64,000 bases of DNA from Thermoplasmata archaeon (GTDB lineage: Archaea; Thermoplasmatota; Thermoplasmata; Lutacidiplasmatales; UBA184): assembly GCA_021816865.1 (NCBI GenBank), contig JAKAWX010000001.1:252739-316738 (forward strand), in the 5' to 3' direction. Positions 61,837 through 64,000 of the stretch are shown piece by piece; position 1 is the first letter of the stretch; every line of letters starts with the position of its first letter. A program made the position numbers and the translations under genes. Under the pieces are notes generated by a model, which saw nothing but the letters and a program-made list of their open reading frames with translations, was not told the origin of the DNA and ran no database searches.

Positions 61837-62991
61837 ATGGACCTGTCGCTCTCCGCCGAGGAGCAGGACCTCCGGGAGGCCGCCCGCCGGTTCGTGCGGC
61901 GTGAGGTGGCCCCGGTCGCGGACCGGATGGACCGGGAGGACTACTTTCCGCGCGACGTCTTCCGAAGGCTGGGCGAGGACGGGTTCCTCGGGATCACCCT
62001 CCCGAGCGAGCGGGGGGGGCTCGGACTCTCCTACCTTGCCCAGGCGCTCGTGCTGGAGGAGATCGCTCGCGTAAGTCCCGCGCTCGCCCTGAGCGTGGGC
62101 GCGCACTCCAACCTCTTCGCGGACAACGTCGCGCGCAACGGCTCCGAGGCGCAGCGTGCGGAGTTCCTGCCGGGTGCGGCGTCGGGGTCGACGATCGGCG
62201 CGCTCGGGTTGACCGAACCGACCGCCGGCTCCGACGCGATGTCGATCCGCACCCGGGCCGAGCGGCGGGGGTCCCGGTATCTCCTCAACGGTTCGAAGCA
62301 GTTCATCACGAACGGACCGGTCGCTGACGTGTTGCTCGTTTACGCAAAGACCGCACCCGAGAAAGGGTCGCACGGGATCAGCGCGTTCCTCGTCCGGCGG
62401 GAGACGCCGGGGTTCGCGGTGGCCCGCCAGCTCGACAAGATGGGCATGCGCGGCTCCCCGACGGGCGAGCTCGCCTTCCAGGACGTGGAAGTGCCGATCG
62501 AGAATCGCGTCGGCGAGGAGGGGGCAGGGGCGAGGATCATGATGAGCGGCCTCAACGTCGAGCGTGCGGTCCTCGCCGCGATCCCGGTCGGCATCCTGGC
62601 CGAATGCCTGGACCGGTCGGTCGCCTACGCGCGGGAGCGCGAGCAGTTCGGAAAGCGGATCGGTCGGTTCGAGCTCATCCAGGAAAAGCTGGCCAACATG
62701 TACACGGACCTCGAGGCCGCCCGCCTCATGCTCTACTCGGCGCTCGACGCCGTGCGGCGCGACCCGGCCCGTCTGCGCGTCGCTGCGGCCGCGCTCACCT
62801 TCGCTTCGGAAGCCTCCACGCGGGCCGCCCTCGAGTCGATCCAGGTCCACGGGGGCTACGGTTACATGCGCGACCTTCCGCTCGAGCGGCTCGCGCGAGA
62901 CGCAAAACTCCTCGAGATCGGCGCCGGCACGTCGGAGATCCGACGGTTGATCGTCGCGCGGGAACTCCTCGGTCCGGGGTTCGCCGACTGA
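61837..62991 (+). CDS. Acyl-CoA dehydrogenase (short/branched-chain, isovaleryl-CoA DH-like)
   Basis: [54 protein letters not shown] (catalytic Glu region). GTTAT island 27 nt upstream. Confidence 0.88.
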   Translation: MDLSLSAEEQDLREAARRFVRREVAPVADRMDREDYFPRDVFRRLGEDGFLGITLPSERGGLGLSYLAQALVLEEIARVSPALALSVGAHSNLFADNVARNGSEAQRAEFLPGAASGSTIGALGLTEPTAGSDAMSIRTRAERRGSRYLLNGSKQFITNGPVADVLLVYAKTAPEKGSHGISAFLVRRETPGFAVARQLDKMGMRGSPTGELAFQDVEVPIENRVGEEGAGARIMMSGLNVERAVLAAIPVGILAECLDRSVAYAREREQFGKRIGRFELIQEKLANMYTDLEAARLMLYSALDAVRRDPARLRVAAAALTFASEASTRAALESIQVHGGYGYMRDLPLERLARDAKLLEIGAGTSEIRRLIVARELLGPGFAD

Positions 62992-63019
62992 CGGGCCGGG
63001 CCCGGCCCCCGAGGGCGGC

Positions 63020-63196
63020 CTAGCGCCGCGCCGGCTTTCTCAGCCCGAGTCCTTCCTCGATGTAGAGGGCCGCCTGCGTCGAGGTCGACCGGCGGTCGCG
63101 TTCGGCCGCCACCTTGAGCTGGCGCAATATCGCCGGCTCGAGGTAGACGGCTAGTCCGACACGGCGTTTCGCTTTGCTCTTCGGGGGTCGTGGCAT
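63020..63196 (-). CDS. Ribbon-helix-helix (CopG/Arc/MetJ-like) small DNA-binding protein
   Basis: Hand-translated 58 aa: MPRPPKSKAKRRVGLAVYLEPAILRQLKVAAERDRRSTSTQAALYIEEGLGLRKPARR, with a beta-strand/helix/helix pattern. GTGAGG SD-like element upstream. Below the ORF-track cutoff. Confidence 0.6.
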   Translation of the reverse strand: MPRPPKSKAKRRVGLAVYLEPAILRQLKVAAERDRRSTSTQAALYIEEGLGLRKPARR

Positions 63197-63496
63197 CTGT
63201 TTGCCTCACTTCACGGGTTGGAACCCTCGGCCGGGATTCCCGTACCGAGTCGTGTTCCGAGAGGTGGATTCAATGGCCGAGTTATGAACTAGACGTTGGG
63301 TGCGATTACGGACGGGGGGCAACAGAATCTGCCGAAACGGTTCGGCCCGTCACGGCATGGCATTGCGAGACCTCGGAACCCCGAAAACGGCGCGAGACCC
63401 CGCGCTGTTGTCGGAGGGCCCGGACCCGCGCGGGGGCCGAACCACGCGAACCGCCGCTACCAACCATTATAGCGTTGGGACCCCCATCGGCGGACG

Positions 63497-64000
63497 ATGG
63501 CGGGCCGACCGGCGCCGAGCTCGAGCCAGGCTTCGTCCCTGCGCCTCGAAGTTCTCAAGGAGCTCCAGTCGATCGTCGACGACCGCGAGGTACGCGATCG
63601 GCTGGACCGGGGACCCCTCGCCGAGGCCAAAGGGCGCGAGCACTGGGTCCTCCACCTCCTGCTCCGCGCGGAGGAGTCTAGCCAGGCCCACCTCGACACC
63701 CTCATCGGCTCCGCGTACTCGAATCTCGTCGCTCGACTGCAGGCCGTCGAGGACCGACTCCAGAAGGTCGAGTCGCTCGAGCTCTCGCTCGGCGAGGCCG
63801 CCGAGCGCCGCCTGGATGCGCTCGAGAACGCGCTCGCGGAGCGCGTCACCAAGGAGGTGACCGCGGGGATCACCGCGGCCGCTTCCCGTCTCTCGAGCGA
63901 CCTCTCCGGAAACCTCGATGCCAAATGGAAGCCGATCGGCGAATCGGTCGAGACGTTCGCCCAGTCGTCGCACCAGCTCTCGAAGGACCTGTCCGACACC
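63497..64000 (+). CDS. Hypothetical coiled-coil protein, 3' end outside window
   Basis: Frame 2 is open from ATG 63497 to the window end with strong GC3 bias (MAGRPAPSSSQASSLRLEVLKELQSIVDD...). CATTATAG island 28 nt upstream. Absent from the ORF track because there is no in-window stop. Confidence 0.6.
   Translation, partial: MAGRPAPSSSQASSLRLEVLKELQSIVDDREVRDRLDRGPLAEAKGREHWVLHLLLRAEESSQAHLDTLIGSAYSNLVARLQAVEDRLQKVESLELSLGEAAERRLDALENALAERVTKEVTAGITAAASRLSSDLSGNLDAKWKPIGESVETFAQSSHQLSKDLSDT

Noticed and set aside
63197-63496. Possible SRP RNA, RNase P RNA or tRNA-fragment att site in the long spacer
   Set aside because: I could not find the SRP helix-8 GGAAGGGAGCA-type motif, the RNase P GAAAGUCC motif, a credible T-arm (GGTTCGAATCC-like), or C/D boxes. 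It is kept only as an unassigned structured spacer in the findings.
1-64000. CRISPR arrays, cas genes, rRNA genes, IS elements, integrases, prophage or known defence systems
   Set aside because: No regularly spaced direct repeats, transposase or integrase motifs, or rRNA-like conserved stretches were seen while reading both strands. Gene content is overwhelmingly core housekeeping. The only nuclease-like candidate, at 58773-60149, is isolated.

Overview
Very GC-rich (about 70% by eye, not computed) archaeal chromosomal segment made almost entirely of core housekeeping genes. It is archaeal because it encodes the archaea/eukaryote-only proteins L32e, L19e, S4e, S6e, aIF2-gamma, PCNA, Cbf5 and RNase P Rpp29, and because short A/T islands (TATA-like) sit about 25-30 nt upstream of many start codons. 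The centrepiece is a ~16 kb plus-strand ribosomal super-operon (17619-33868): uL3-uL4-uL23-uL2-uS19-uL22-uS3-uL29-Rpp29-uS17-uL14-uL24-S4e-uL5-uS14-uS8-uL6-L32e-L19e-uL18-uS5-uL30-uL15-SecY-DUF106(YidC/Oxa1-like)-Cmk-Cbf5. Most junctions in it are ATGA/GTGA/TGATG start-stop overlaps. Other content includes: a mevalonate trio (HMG-CoA synthase, archaeal thiolase, DUF35); tdh-kbl; an MMPL transporter; CysRS; a second bacterial-type thiolase; PCNA; AlaX; a small glycosylation cluster (epimerase, GT4, GT2); FKBP; MCM small subunit with MeaB; an A24 prepilin-type peptidase; S6e-aIF2gamma-Trm112; signal peptidase; PRPP synthetase; NadB; and an acyl-CoA dehydrogenase. Two tRNA genes are present, Ala-GGC and Arg-UCU, and both appear to be interrupted by a ~32-34 nt GC-rich intron inside the T-loop, which is a non-canonical position. 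I found no rRNA, CRISPR array, IS/transposase or integrase, and no convincing defence island. The most unusual items are the paired T-loop tRNA introns, a tandem Cas4-like PD-(D/E)XK protein with two 4-Cys clusters, a SecY with an N-terminal two-helix extension and its own promoter, low-complexity tails on ribosomal proteins (an RGG-repeat tail on uS5), and an orphan RHH gene next to a ~300 nt ORF-free spacer. All homology calls come from motif recognition by eye, with no searches run. Many very long ORFs in the track are GC-driven antisense or out-of-frame artefacts.
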